Assembly: GCA_963422265.1 (NCBI GenBank)
Contig: OY729416.1
Span: 1,184,001 to 1,248,000, forward strand
DNA: 64,000 bases
From: Thermodesulfobacteriota bacterium
GTDB lineage: Bacteria > Desulfobacterota_D > UBA1144 > Nemesobacterales > UBA2774
Direction: 5' to 3'
Below are positions 31,707 to 42,694 of the stretch, piece by piece. The notes under the pieces are model-generated. The model was given only the letters and a program-made list of their open reading frames with translations, was not told the DNA's origin and ran no database searches. The position numbers were made by a program, and so were the translations under genes. The stretch's first letter is position 1. Every line of letters starts with the position of its first letter.

Positions 31707-33782
31707 TTGTCGCTCGCAGACGATAAACACTCTAATAAAGGAAAGAAGACTTACGATATTAAGATTCTTAGATGGCTATACGGCTTCACGGGTCATTATC
31801 GCGCCTATATGGCTTTGGCTCTTCTATTAATGTTATCTACGGCACTGATTGAGCTTGCGGTTCCCTACATAACTAAAATCGCTGTTGATAAATATATCTA
31901 TCCTCCTTGGAAAATTGCAGATTTCACTGGCGAATCAAAAGAAACCGAATTTGAGGAAACGCTAAAAGATAAATATCCCTCGTCAATAATAAAACTGAGT
32001 GGAAACTCTTATCTAATTGATACGTCGGAATTGGATAAGGTCGATGGCCATAACCTTGAAAGGCTTGGCGTAGTATCAGAGGAAAGGTATCTCGTCGTCA
32101 ATTTGGAGAACTTTGATGAAAATAAACGAAGCCTAGTTAAAGAGATAACGGAAGATAACCCAGACGTCTTTAAGTCCATGAGTGGCGTCTCCTTTGCAAG
32201 CTATAGCGCCCTCAGCAAACTCAATAGTAAAGACCTTCTTAGAATAAGAAGTGATGAAATAGATCAGGTAGTCAAGCTTGCCGCACTACTATTTCTTTGT
32301 CTGCTCGGGATATTTATCTTTAGTTCGCTTTTCACATATCTACTAAATTGTTCTGGACACAAAATAATGCACGAGATCAGATTATCCCTTTTTTCTCACG
32401 TAATGAAACTTCCCCAACCCTTTTTTGATAAAAATCCAGTCGGGAGAATTACTACTCGTGTGACGAACGACGTAAATGCTATAAATGAAATGTACACGTC
32501 CGTAATGATTCAAGTCTTAAAAGATATATTAGTAGTAATAGGCACTTTCATCGTAATGTTCCACATGAATAAGAGCCTTACTTTATACGTGATTCTGTTT
32601 ACCTTACTTATGGCCCTTTTCGCAGCCCTTTTCAGAATGAAGCTAAAGATGGTTTACAGGGAAATCAGAAGGAGTATTTCAAAGCTTAACGCATTCGTTC
32701 AGGAAAGCGTTAAGGGCATCGTTTTAATAAAACTCTACAACCGAGAGATGGAGAATTTCAAGAAGTTCAAAAATATAAACCGTGAGAACTACAAAGCCAA
32801 TATGGATCAGCTATGGGTTTACGCAACCTTTAGACCCTTTATTGAATTTACGAGCGTGTTCACGGTTGCTTTTACCCTCTGGTACGGTGGGCTCAAGGTG
32901 CTGAAACTCGACCTTACGTTAGGTGCTTTAATAGCTTATCTATACTACGTGAGAATGCTTTTCAGGCCTATTATGGAGCTAGCCGAGAAATACAACATCT
33001 TCCAATCGGCCGCTGCGGCTTCTGAGAATCTTTATGATTTAGCAGGTGTTAAATCGGAGGAAAAATCTGGTATTAGCAAGTCTCAAATAAAAGGGAAACT
33101 GGAGTTTGAAAATGTCTGGTTTTCTTATGACAATAAGGAATGGGTTCTAAAAAATGTCTCTTTTAGGATTGACCCCGGCGAGACCGTAGCCCTCGTTGGG
33201 CTTACGGGATCCGGAAAAACCACGATTGTAAACCTTATTCTCAGATTTTATGAAATAGAGCGAGGGCAAATCCTACTAGACGGCGTGGACATAAAAGAAT
33301 TAAGACCTGAATTTTTGAGGGCAAACGTTTGTGCAGTATTTCAAGACCTCTTTTTATTCGGAAAGGGATCGGATGATGAAAAAGACGGAACCTCAACCGA
33401 ACTCTTAACGATAAAGGAGCTTAGGGAAATAAAAAAATCTAACGAACGTTCAATGTCGTCAGGAGAGAAACAACTAGTATCTTTAGAACAAGCATTATCA
33501 AAGAAAGCAAAATTTCTGATATTAGATGAAGCAACCTCAAACATAGACGCAAATATAGAGCAAAGGATTCAAGAAACAATCAAAGGGAAGTCACAAAAGG
33601 AAACCACGTTGATCATCGCCCACAGACTTTCAAATGTAAGGGACGCCGATAGAATAATGGTAATACACAAAGGTGAGATTTCAGAAGTAGGCTCGCACCA
33701 AGAACTATTAGCGAAAAAGGGAATTTACCATAGTCTCTACCAGCTACAAAATGGAATAAGATGCTTCTCACCCCCTTCATAA
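31707..33782 (+). CDS. ABC exporter half-transporter (TMD plus NBD)
   Basis: TMD with FFDKNPVGRITTRVTND; Walker A GLTGSGKTT; Walker B LILDEAT; IAHRLS; long loop after TM1. Confidence 0.93.
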   Translation: MSLADDKHSNKGKKTYDIKILRWLYGFTGHYRAYMALALLLMLSTALIELAVPYITKIAVDKYIYPPWKIADFTGESKETEFEETLKDKYPSSIIKLSGNSYLIDTSELDKVDGHNLERLGVVSEERYLVVNLENFDENKRSLVKEITEDNPDVFKSMSGVSFASYSALSKLNSKDLLRIRSDEIDQVVKLAALLFLCLLGIFIFSSLFTYLLNCSGHKIMHEIRLSLFSHVMKLPQPFFDKNPVGRITTRVTNDVNAINEMYTSVMIQVLKDILVVIGTFIVMFHMNKSLTLYVILFTLLMALFAALFRMKLKMVYREIRRSISKLNAFVQESVKGIVLIKLYNREMENFKKFKNINRENYKANMDQLWVYATFRPFIEFTSVFTVAFTLWYGGLKVLKLDLTLGALIAYLYYVRMLFRPIMELAEKYNIFQSAAAASENLYDLAGVKSEEKSGISKSQIKGKLEFENVWFSYDNKEWVLKNVSFRIDPGETVALVGLTGSGKTTIVNLILRFYEIERGQILLDGVDIKELRPEFLRANVCAVFQDLFLFGKGSDDEKDGTSTELLTIKELREIKKSNERSMSSGEKQLVSLEQALSKKAKFLILDEATSNIDANIEQRIQETIKGKSQKETTLIIAHRLSNVRDADRIMVIHKGEISEVGSHQELLAKKGIYHSLYQLQNGIRCFSPPS

Positions 33783-34739
33783 CTAATCACAATTAGAGGT
33801 AGCAGCAAACTCTAATGAACCTGGAAAAGGGAATCGGGTGCGTTCTTCTTTGCCATCTAACTCCCGAACGCTACCAGCCCCTAACTCCTTGAGCCTATCT
33901 ATTACTTCAAAAACAACAGTCTCAGGAGTAGAAGCGCCCGAACTTACTCCTATTACTAAATCATCATTAAATCCATGAGCTCCTATTTCATCAGCTCCTT
34001 CTATTAAGTAAGCCCTACTAACCCCGTTAGCCTTTGCTACCTCAACCAAGCGATTGGAATTAGAGCTTTCGGGAGAGCCTACGATAAAGATAATATCGGC
34101 TTGCTTAGCCAGCGCTTTCACGGCGTCTTGTCTGTTCTGCGTAGCATAACAAATATCAAGCTTTGAAGGGCTTACGATATTTGGAAACCTTTTTTTAAGA
34201 GATGCAAGTATATTCCTCGTATCATCAACGCTCAAAGTAGTCTGCGTAACGTAAGCTATTTTGTCCGGGTCAGGGACCTCTACCCTTTCCGCCTCCTCAA
34301 CGGACTCAACGACAACTACTTTGTCAGGAGCGTGACCACTTGTTCCTATTACCTCTACGTGATTCCTATGTCCTATCAGTATGATTGTATAACCCATTTC
34401 CGCATAATGCCTTACCTCATTATGCACCTTCGTTACGAGTGGGCAGACAGCGTCAACAACCTCAAGGGATCTATCCTTAGCTTCGTCCCACACCTTGGGT
34501 CCTACTCCATGAGCGCTAAAAATAACCCTTGCACCTCTCTCATTTATTTCCTCTAATTCCTCTATAAATCTAACGCCTCTCTCCTTAAGCGACTCGACTA
34601 CACGCTTATTGTGGACAATGGCATGGCGAACGTAGATAGGAGTACCATACATTTCAAGCGCCCGCTCGACCATCTCAATTGCTCTATCAACACCTGCGCA
34701 AAAACCCCTAGGTTTGGCGACGATTACTTGCATTTGCAA
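33783..34739 (-). CDS. ispH: 4-hydroxy-3-methylbut-2-enyl diphosphate reductase
   Basis: PRGFCAGV, IVHN, SAHG, CPLVTKVH, QTT, ICYATQNRQ, SSNSNRL, GASTP. Confidence 0.99.
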   Translation of the reverse strand: MQMQVIVAKPRGFCAGVDRAIEMVERALEMYGTPIYVRHAIVHNKRVVESLKERGVRFIEELEEINERGARVIFSAHGVGPKVWDEAKDRSLEVVDAVCPLVTKVHNEVRHYAEMGYTIILIGHRNHVEVIGTSGHAPDKVVVVESVEEAERVEVPDPDKIAYVTQTTLSVDDTRNILASLKKRFPNIVSPSKLDICYATQNRQDAVKALAKQADIIFIVGSPESSNSNRLVEVAKANGVSRAYLIEGADEIGAHGFNDDLVIGVSSGASTPETVVFEVIDRLKELGAGSVRELDGKEERTRFPFPGSLEFAATSNCD

Positions 34740-34810
34740 CTCCCCTTAGCCTATTATACATCACATTAAGAAAGGACGGCTTTCTAAAAATACCTGAAAA
34801 GTAAATCCAT

Positions 34811-35593
34811 CTAGAATACCTGTAGTAGTTTTAGAGAAATTATGAATATAGCTACGACCAATACAGAGCGTATTACCTTCTCGCCACCCTCAACTGACAA
34901 ATGAGCCGCCCACCAACCACCTAGGGCGTTGCCAGCAGCTAAACTCAAACCTAGAAGCCAATCTACGTTATCCGTCCAGATAAAAATAAGAAGCGCAGGC
35001 ACTGTATAGATCAAGATTATAAGAATTTTACGCACGTTGACTAAAATAAGATTAATTCTAAGTAAATGATAAAGCGCCGCCATGATTAAAAACCCTACGC
35101 CAATCTGAATAAAACCACCGTAAAAACCGATGCCCAGCATAGCGGGGTAGATAAGCCAGGGTTTTTTGCCTTCTACTGATGTAATATTCCGTTTAGCCTG
35201 GGAGGGGAGCAACATAGATATTACTACTCCAATCATTACTATGCCAAGTATCCGCTCAAACCAATCGCTGCTGATCCTAACTGCTATTAAAGCCCCCAGT
35301 ATAGCCCCTGGCAGCGTGAAAGCCGCAAGTTTTACTCCCTCTCTGATCCCTGGGACCTTTTGCTTGTGAAAAGAAAGAGCGGCAGATACATTCTGTATTA
35401 AAATCGCAACCCGGTTAGTTCCATTAGCGGCGGAACCATCTAGTCCCAGGAATATTAAGGCGGGCAGCGTAAGGCTGGATCCCCCACCTGCCATTACGTT
35501 GACAAAACCTGCCAATATCCCCACGCCAAAAAGAATAAGAAGTTCTACGTATTCAAGCATACGCCTCGCCCCAGCTCCGTATCGCTCACTCAA
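34811..35593 (-). CDS. TauE/SafE family (sulfite exporter-like) membrane protein
   Basis: AGFVNVMAGGGS, ANGTNR, GFYGGFIQIGVG; alternative start ATG 35560. Confidence 0.9.
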   Translation of the reverse strand: MSERYGAGARRMLEYVELLILFGVGILAGFVNVMAGGGSSLTLPALIFLGLDGSAANGTNRVAILIQNVSAALSFHKQKVPGIREGVKLAAFTLPGAILGALIAVRISSDWFERILGIVMIGVVISMLLPSQAKRNITSVEGKKPWLIYPAMLGIGFYGGFIQIGVGFLIMAALYHLLRINLILVNVRKILIILIYTVPALLIFIWTDNVDWLLGLSLAAGNALGGWWAAHLSVEGGEKVIRSVLVVAIFIISLKLLQVF

Positions 35594-35625
35594 AATTTAC
35601 AACCTACTACGAATCGGGGTCTAGG

Positions 35626-36690
35626 TTACTCACTATTTAATAGCTTGTTTTTCAAGTCTTCAAGCGTTGAGGAAATATCTTTCTGTCTTTGGCTAAGACT
35701 CTCTACTACTTTTCTCAATTCATGCGCTTCTCTTACTGTACCTAAGCCTTTACTACGTTGATCGACTCCAAGCTCGCTATCTTTAATATCTAAATTCAAA
35801 ATATCAGGTCTTGAGAAATGCCCAATTGAATCAATTACGGCTTTAGCTCTTATTATCGTATCAGTGTCAATATCGGCGTATATTATATCCTCCTTTCCGT
35901 AAACTGGACCAGCCATGTATTCTCCCCTCGGATTTATAATTCCACTTCCACCCGGAAAATCCCACAGCGTGTTTTCTTTAAGGGGAAAGCTATCAGGAAT
36001 CATTTTCTCATTCATGTGTCCTGAGGATACAATGACGAATACCTGCCCTTCAAAAGCATATTGACGGCTAGCAAAATCCATAGTCGGCTTAGTAAATCCA
36101 TGACCTGCCCAAAGCCCGGCGTGTATTTGCTCGCCTTTTTTATACATAGCGTATTTTGCTAGAGTCAGATGGTGCTCATAGCAAAAAAAACCGCCTATAT
36201 TACCTAATGAGGTTGCAAACACTTTTAAGTCCTGAGCACTTCCCATCCCCCATATACACTTTTCACTGTCTATGGACATAAGCTTTCTGTGCTTACCAAG
36301 AATACCGCCGTCTTTATCTATATATAAAATAGTATTGTAAAGGGTGCCACCTTCTCTTTCATTAACGCCTATTACAACGTAGGCATCGGCTTTCCTAGCG
36401 GCTTCGCAAAGCCTAGAGGTATTTTCATCAGGAATCTCAATCGAGTTTCTGTGCAATTCACCATAAGCGTCAAGAACAAGACTTCTTCCCTCTATGGTTC
36501 CTATATCCTTAGGCCAATAAGGGTATGTAGGAATTGTCGCTTCTGGGAACACTATTAAATTTGCGCCGTTTTTGCTCGCCTCTTCAATCAGGCCTATAAT
36601 CTTCTCTATAGTCTCATCTTTATTAAGGAATATGGGTGCCATTTGCACCGCGGCTGCGGTAAATACGTGATCTTTATCCTGCATACTCAC
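35626..36690 (-). CDS. Nitrilase-like carbon-nitrogen hydrolase
   Basis: Catalytic triad contexts VFPE, HRKL, FCYEH; YAFEGQVFV; GHFSRPD. Confidence 0.92.
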   Translation of the reverse strand: MSMQDKDHVFTAAAVQMAPIFLNKDETIEKIIGLIEEASKNGANLIVFPEATIPTYPYWPKDIGTIEGRSLVLDAYGELHRNSIEIPDENTSRLCEAARKADAYVVIGVNEREGGTLYNTILYIDKDGGILGKHRKLMSIDSEKCIWGMGSAQDLKVFATSLGNIGGFFCYEHHLTLAKYAMYKKGEQIHAGLWAGHGFTKPTMDFASRQYAFEGQVFVIVSSGHMNEKMIPDSFPLKENTLWDFPGGSGIINPRGEYMAGPVYGKEDIIYADIDTDTIIRAKAVIDSIGHFSRPDILNLDIKDSELGVDQRSKGLGTVREAHELRKVVESLSQRQKDISSTLEDLKNKLLNSE

Positions 36691-36992
36691 TCACCCCCTG
36701 CTACGCCTCTCCCCGAAACCCACTGAGGGAGAAATTAAGAACGTATTGAGATTCAGTTTTGTTAGGAGCAACCCTACAAAATTCGCAGATTTGTAATTAT
36801 AGCAAGTCTAACTCCTATTTCCTAATGGTTGTCCATTCTACTAAATGGGTAAAGTGGTTCCGTGCTTTATGCAACTTTTACATACGCTCGTCTTATCGCT
36901 TACCGTTTTAATTGTTGCTTTTGGCAGATAGCTTGTCTAAACTTAACTTTTCTAAGTAAGAGTTAATCCTTATAATTAACCCTACGCAATAA

Positions 36993-39305
36993 ATGCCTAA
37001 AAGAAAAAGCCATTCAAAACAGGAATCATCCGATAAAATAGTTAGGGAAATACTCTCGTCTCTTCTTTTCGCTTTGGGTTTGTTCTCATCACTCAGCCTT
37101 GTCTTTTACAGTTCGAGAATAGGTCTTGACCTTAAAGGGTCTATGGGAACGACTGGGGTCTTTATATCCGCTATGCTCGGCAAAGCCTTCGGTATATGCG
37201 GGTTCGCAGTGCCTATAGTATTGTTTTACACGGCAGCTATTACTTTTATCAACAAATCTGGACCCAATCTTTTAAGAAATGTTCTATCATCCCTTGTATT
37301 GCTAATTTCCGTAATGACTTTTCTAGGGCTCTCATTCACTGGGAAGGGATTATTGGGATATGAAACAGCGGGGGGATGGATAGGAAACGCAATTGCAGAA
37401 AAGTTAAAAGAAGGCATCGCTGGCACTATAGGCTCTTATCTCATCGTAACTGTCTTACTCATTCTTAGCCTAGTAGCAATAACGGGACTAACCTTGTCAG
37501 AGATGCTTAGGACGGCAGGCAAAGTTTCTGCATCCGCTACTAATAAAACCTATGAATTCTCCAAATTCATCGCCATTCAAGCCTTACGGATTGGAAAACG
37601 CTTAAAGGAACCTTTAGAAAATTTAAAGGGCGGACGGCAGGTCGCAGAGGAAAACCTTCAGACGTATGAAGGAGATCAAGCGTCAACCTTAAACAGACGG
37701 CAAAATCCCTCGTCTGATGAAATAATCGACCTCGAAGAAGAGGTATTTACCGATGAAGAGACTTTATTTCTTGAAAACGGGCGTCCAGAAATAGTCATAG
37801 AACAGCCAAAATCAAAGGGATTTGATGAATTTTCTCTAGTAAAGAAGCAAACTAGTAATAGTTATAAGGTTCCACCGCTCGATCTGCTTGATTCCAAGAT
37901 AGAAATCGATCTTGAGGTGGACAGTAAAGCCGTTTATGAAAAACAGGATCTGATTGAGGAAAAATTAAAGGATTTCGGAGTATCGGGAAAGGTCGTCAGA
38001 GTAAGACCGGGTCCCGTGATCACTATGTTTGAGTATAAACCCGCACCGGGAATTAAGATAAGTAAAATAGCATCGCTTGATAATGATCTCGCCATGGGAC
38101 TCAGCGCCCTTAGCATCAGAATTATAGCTCCCATTCCTGGGAAGGACGTTATAGGTATTGAGGTGCCTAACACAACAAGAGAAATGGTGGTTTTAAGAGA
38201 ACTTCTTGAGGATGCTGAATTTTCCAGAAGCCAATCTATATTAACTCTTGCTTTGGGAAAGGACATTTCCGGTCTTCCATTTTATATGGACTTAAGAAAA
38301 GCGCCACATCTTATGGTTGCGGGAACCACTGGCTCGGGTAAAAGCGTTTTACTCAACGCCGTAATTACAAGTATGCTTTACAAGGCGAGCCCGCACGAGC
38401 TTAAATTCATCATGATCGACCCTAAAATGCTTGAGCTATCCGTGTATGAAGGTATTCCGCACCTACTACACCCGGTTGTAACGGAACCTAAAAGAGCGGC
38501 TGCGGCCCTAAAGTGGGCAGTTGGAGAGATGGAAAAGAGATACAGAACCCTTTCTGATGAGGGGGTAAGGGACATTGAAACTCATAACAGGAACGTGGAG
38601 AACCTAGATATTCCAACAGAGGACAAAATAGATAGGCTTCTACCTTACATAGTAATTATTTTAGATGAGCTTGCTGATCTAATGATGATAGCACCGAGCG
38701 AGGTAAAAGAATCAGTTACGAGGCTTTCTCAGAAAGCCCGCGCCGCTGGCATACATTTGATCGTCGCAACCCAGCGTCCCTCTGCCGACGTCGTAGCCGG
38801 ACTCATCAAAGCTAATTTCCCCGCTAGAATCTCATTCCTTGTATCATCTAAAATTGATTCGCGTATAATTTTGGACGCAGGTGGCGCCGAGCAGCTTTTG
38901 GGTAAAGGGGATATGCTGTTACTTGAACCCGGCACTTCAAACCTGTTGAGACTTCAGGGAGCACTTATTTCAGATACGGAAAGAGAGAAAATAACTGAGC
39001 ACATCAAACACCAAGGATCTCCCGACTATAAAGAAGAAATCACTCACGTAGAGGAAAAAGAGAAAAGCGAGGATCTAGAGAATGAAAAGGATGATCTTTA
39101 CTATAAGGCTCTAAGAACAATTGCCGAAACCAATCAAGCGTCTATATCCATGCTTCAAAGGAAACTTAGAATCGGCTATAATAGGGCTGCTCGTATTGTT
39201 GAAATCATGGAAAAAGAAGGCGTTGTTGGTCCTCAGGAAGTCGCCGGAAAGCCAAGGGAAGTATTTATAGACTTGAACCAAACTGAAGAGAGGAAAACAA
39301 ACTGA
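36993..39305 (+). CDS. ftsK: DNA translocase FtsK
   Basis: N-terminal TM region, PGPVIT, PHLMVAGTTGSGKS, IDPKMLEL, ATQRPS, gamma domain LQRKLRIGYNRAAR. Confidence 0.98.
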   Translation: MPKRKSHSKQESSDKIVREILSSLLFALGLFSSLSLVFYSSRIGLDLKGSMGTTGVFISAMLGKAFGICGFAVPIVLFYTAAITFINKSGPNLLRNVLSSLVLLISVMTFLGLSFTGKGLLGYETAGGWIGNAIAEKLKEGIAGTIGSYLIVTVLLILSLVAITGLTLSEMLRTAGKVSASATNKTYEFSKFIAIQALRIGKRLKEPLENLKGGRQVAEENLQTYEGDQASTLNRRQNPSSDEIIDLEEEVFTDEETLFLENGRPEIVIEQPKSKGFDEFSLVKKQTSNSYKVPPLDLLDSKIEIDLEVDSKAVYEKQDLIEEKLKDFGVSGKVVRVRPGPVITMFEYKPAPGIKISKIASLDNDLAMGLSALSIRIIAPIPGKDVIGIEVPNTTREMVVLRELLEDAEFSRSQSILTLALGKDISGLPFYMDLRKAPHLMVAGTTGSGKSVLLNAVITSMLYKASPHELKFIMIDPKMLELSVYEGIPHLLHPVVTEPKRAAAALKWAVGEMEKRYRTLSDEGVRDIETHNRNVENLDIPTEDKIDRLLPYIVIILDELADLMMIAPSEVKESVTRLSQKARAAGIHLIVATQRPSADVVAGLIKANFPARISFLVSSKIDSRIILDAGGAEQLLGKGDMLLLEPGTSNLLRLQGALISDTEREKITEHIKHQGSPDYKEEITHVEEKEKSEDLENEKDDLYYKALRTIAETNQASISMLQRKLRIGYNRAARIVEIMEKEGVVGPQEVAGKPREVFIDLNQTEERKTN

Positions 39306-39322
39306 CATACGGACTAAAAGGG

Positions 39323-39988
39323 TTGCTCGCACTCTCTTTAATGCTACTTATACACTCCGCGCCAGGGTTTTCAAAGCAGGGAGAAAGCCTAAACAGGGTT
39401 ATAGAAGACGTTCAGAACAAGTATGAGCGAATGGATAACTTTCACGCGGCATTTATACAAGAAGATAAGGTAAAAGCGCTGAATAAGGTGCGGAAAGCGG
39501 AGGGCAAAGTTTGGTTGAAAAAACCGGGAATGATGAGATGGAGCTATTACGCGCCAACCAAGGATGAAATCGTATCTGATGGAAAGACACTCTGGTTTTA
39601 TGACGAGGAAGAAAAGCAAGTAACAGAGTCTCCGTTAACCCAGTCGTCTGGAAATCAGACTACCGCCACCTTACTATCGGGGCTTGGTAATATAAAGGAG
39701 CTATTTAACGCGAGTTTCACGGATTTAGATAGCTTGAACAAAAATGAAAGTTATTTAATAGACCTAGCTCCAAAAAATCAGGAGGAGGGATATAGCAAAG
39801 CTACGATTGCCGTTGATAAAAAAACCGCGCTAGTAAATACTATTTACCTCTATGACCTATTCGGTAATTTGACTATTATAAAGCTAAAGGAGATGCAAAT
39901 CGGTAAAAAGGTTGCGGATTCTTTATTTCAGTTCAAAGCCCCTAAGGGAGTCAAAACAATAAAATTCCCTTCCGTTATTTCCCAATGA
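39323..39988 (+). CDS. lolA: Outer-membrane lipoprotein carrier LolA
   Basis: Signal peptide, KPGMMRWSY, IVSDGKTLWFYD, FQFKAPKGV; directly after ftsK. Confidence 0.88.
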   Translation: MLALSLMLLIHSAPGFSKQGESLNRVIEDVQNKYERMDNFHAAFIQEDKVKALNKVRKAEGKVWLKKPGMMRWSYYAPTKDEIVSDGKTLWFYDEEEKQVTESPLTQSSGNQTTATLLSGLGNIKELFNASFTDLDSLNKNESYLIDLAPKNQEEGYSKATIAVDKKTALVNTIYLYDLFGNLTIIKLKEMQIGKKVADSLFQFKAPKGVKTIKFPSVISQ

Positions 39989-39999
39989 GTCATCTTTAG

Positions 40000-41229
40000 C
40001 TATCTATCTATCTCACCAAGAACTATATCAAGACTTCCGATTGCGGCTATCACGTCGGCTACTAAGCTACCTTCGGTCATTTGGGAAAGGGCTTGTAAGT
40101 TGACAAAGGAAGGTCCCCTAACCCTCATCCTATACGGTTGTCCCGAACCATCGCTCACTAAATAATAACTAAGCTCCCCCTTAGGATTTTCCACGGCATG
40201 TTGAATCTCCTCCTCAGGAGGCTTAAATCCTTCATATACAAGAACGAAGTGTCTGATAAGCGATTCCATCCTAGTGTAGGTAAGTTCCTTTTCCGGAAGC
40301 ACAATGTCGGGAAGATCAGCTATATATGGGCCGTCGGGCAAGTTGCTTAAAGCCTGTTTTATAATAAGTAAGCTCTGATTCATCTCCTCAAGCCTACAGA
40401 GATAACGAGAATAGGCGTCTCCATCACTTGCGATTGGAACCTCAAAGTCATAATTCTCGTAACCGAGATAAGGCATCGCCTTTCTTACATCATAAGGCAC
40501 GCCACTTCCCCTTAGAGCAGGACCCGTAAGACCTAGATCTATAGCGTCCTCTCCACTTATTACGGCAACTCCCTTTGTTCTCTCTATCCATATTCTGTTT
40601 CTAGTAAGAAGCTTGTCAATTTCCGCCAAGGTCTTTGGAAAGATTTCAATGAAGTTTGTAACTACCTCTTCAAAATTATCGGGAAGGTCAAGGGGAAGCC
40701 CTCCCACTCTTGGGTAAGAGGTGGTAAGTCTTGCTCCACACACAGTCTCGAGCACGTCGTATATTCTTTCCCTCTCCTTAAAACAGTAAAGAAAAGCGCT
40801 CATCGCTCCTAAGTCAAGCGCATTGGTTCCTATGCCTACAAGGTGTGACTCAATACGCCCAAGCTCAAATAGTAGAACCTCCGCAGTCTTAGCCCTTTCG
40901 GGCACGTCTTCCTCTATCCCCAGAAGTTTTTCAACCGTTAGAATAAAACCGATGTTATTGCATATAGAAGCCAGATAATCCATTCTGTCGGTGTAAGGAA
41001 GACATTGCTGATAGGTAATGTGCTCGCATAGTTTCTCGATTCCTCTATGAAGGTAACCAACGTGTGGAACCGCCTTTACTACTACCTCACCGTCAAGGTG
41101 AAGAACTACGCGTAGAACCCCGTGAGTAGCGGGATGTTGGGGACCCATGTTGAGCATTAAGGTCTCCGTCCGCATGCCGTCTTGCACCTGATGAGTTTCG
41201 TTACTTATCAGTTCAACTCTTTCCATCAA
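40000..41229 (-). CDS. nuoD: NADH-quinone oxidoreductase subunit D
   Basis: NMGPQHPATHGVLR, GYLHRGIEK, DRMDY, ENPKGE, GEIDR. Confidence 0.98.
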   Translation of the reverse strand: MMERVELISNETHQVQDGMRTETLMLNMGPQHPATHGVLRVVLHLDGEVVVKAVPHVGYLHRGIEKLCEHITYQQCLPYTDRMDYLASICNNIGFILTVEKLLGIEEDVPERAKTAEVLLFELGRIESHLVGIGTNALDLGAMSAFLYCFKERERIYDVLETVCGARLTTSYPRVGGLPLDLPDNFEEVVTNFIEIFPKTLAEIDKLLTRNRIWIERTKGVAVISGEDAIDLGLTGPALRGSGVPYDVRKAMPYLGYENYDFEVPIASDGDAYSRYLCRLEEMNQSLLIIKQALSNLPDGPYIADLPDIVLPEKELTYTRMESLIRHFVLVYEGFKPPEEEIQHAVENPKGELSYYLVSDGSGQPYRMRVRGPSFVNLQALSQMTEGSLVADVIAAIGSLDIVLGEIDR

Positions 41230-41747
41230 TCAAGCCCGTCTTTAAGAGCCCTTTCAAAAGATTCTTTGGAGGCTTTACGATCCCTCACGTCAAAATCTTT
41301 TCTTAAAGGGAATGGTTCGTAGTCCTCAGGCATCAAAATACGCTTTAGATTCGGGTGCCCGCTAAATTCTATCCCGAACATATCATATACCTCTCTCTCG
41401 AGCCAATTGGCTCCGCTCCATACCGAAGTAACCGAATCAATGCGGAGTTCATCTTCCGAGACTTCGGCTTTAAGCCGAACCCTGACGTTACCTTCAAAAT
41501 CATCTCCAAACCTGTGAACGTGATATACGACCTCGTATCTTGGGAGTTTCACTTTAAGGTAATCAACGGCGGTAAGATCCGCTAGGAACGTAAATTCCTG
41601 CTCGTCTTTCAGGTATCCGCAAATTTTTAAGACGTCGCGTTTAGGTATAAAAAGAGTCGCTTCTCCTCTAAACTCTTTAACGTCTTTTATGCTATTGAGA
41701 AAAGTTTCTTTCAGAGATTCAATAACCGAAGCTAGAGCAGAGTTCAT
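41226..41747 (-). CDS. nuoC: NADH-quinone oxidoreductase subunit C
   Basis: [28 protein letters not shown] 41747 overlaps the nuoB stop (track start 41828). Confidence 0.96.
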   Translation of the reverse strand: MNSALASVIESLKETFLNSIKDVKEFRGEATLFIPKRDVLKICGYLKDEQEFTFLADLTAVDYLKVKLPRYEVVYHVHRFGDDFEGNVRVRLKAEVSEDELRIDSVTSVWSGANWLEREVYDMFGIEFSGHPNLKRILMPEDYEPFPLRKDFDVRDRKASKESFERALKDGLD

Positions 41748-42229
41748 AGAATAGGTGCCCCTTCTATCTCTATCTTCTTTTGGATTTTCATAACGGCGTC
41801 TATAAGCGCCTCTGGCCTCGGAGGACATCCTCCAACGTAAACGTCAACCGGGAGAAATTCATCTATGCCCTGAACAACAGCGTAGCTGTCAAAGGGTCCA
41901 CCACCACATGTGCAAGAACCCATGGCTATGACCCATTTCGGCTCCGGCATCTGATCGTATATCCTCCTGCACACGGAAGCCATTTTATAGGTAATTGTTC
42001 CGGAGACTATCATCAGGTCAGCCTGCCTAGGTGAGAATCTCGCAACCTCGGCGCCGAACCGCGAAAGGTCATACCTAGACGCAAATACGCCCATCATTTC
42101 AATGGCGCAACACGCAGTGCCAAACGGCATAGGCCACAGGCTGTTCTTTCTTGCCCAATTGGCGAACTCTCCGATTTTGGTGGTTATGAATCCATCGCCA
42201 CCTAGTATAGAATTCGTATTTACTCCCAA
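41744..42229 (-). CDS. nuoB: NADH-quinone oxidoreductase subunit B
   Basis: [36 protein letters not shown]. Confidence 0.98.
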   Translation of the reverse strand: MGVNTNSILGGDGFITTKIGEFANWARKNSLWPMPFGTACCAIEMMGVFASRYDLSRFGAEVARFSPRQADLMIVSGTITYKMASVCRRIYDQMPEPKWVIAMGSCTCGGGPFDSYAVVQGIDEFLPVDVYVGGCPPRPEALIDAVMKIQKKIEIEGAPIL

Positions 42230-42576
42230 TCAAGCGCCCCCGTCTTCAAAACGTAGAAATAGCCACCTAGTATAACAGCCAAAAATACTATAATTTCTAT
42301 GAAAGCAATTAAACCTAACTCCTTAAAAACCACTGCCCACGCGAATAAAAATACCACTTCCACATCAAAGAGAATAAAGAGAGCACCTACCATATAATAT
42401 TTGATAGAGAACCTGCCCCTTGTATCTCCCGTGGGCGCCATGCCTGATTCATAAGGAGCGAGCTTGCGATTTGCCTGTCTTTTCGGACCTATAACGGAAG
42501 AGATAAAAAGCATTGCCCCAGCAAGAATTATAGATAGAATTAGTATTAATAAGATGGGTATATACTCGCTAAGCAT
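42220..42576 (-). CDS. nuoA: NADH-quinone oxidoreductase subunit A
   Basis: [26 protein letters not shown]. Confidence 0.97.
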   Translation of the reverse strand: MLSEYIPILLILILSIILAGAMLFISSVIGPKRQANRKLAPYESGMAPTGDTRGRFSIKYYMVGALFILFDVEVVFLFAWAVVFKELGLIAFIEIIVFLAVILGGYFYVLKTGALDWE

Positions 42577-42694
42577 GGTATTTATGGTAAGTGGGTTGAT
42601 AAAATTGTCAAGGAGCTAGTAAGCGCTTGAAGAGTGGATTATCATATATCAATTGATACACGAACGCCCCTCTTTAGGTTAGGAGAGAATCCGG

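Noticed and set aside
40000..42576. nuoABCD alone as an incomplete complex I
   Set aside because: Split nuo clusters are common; the remaining genes may be elsewhere and cannot be judged from this window.
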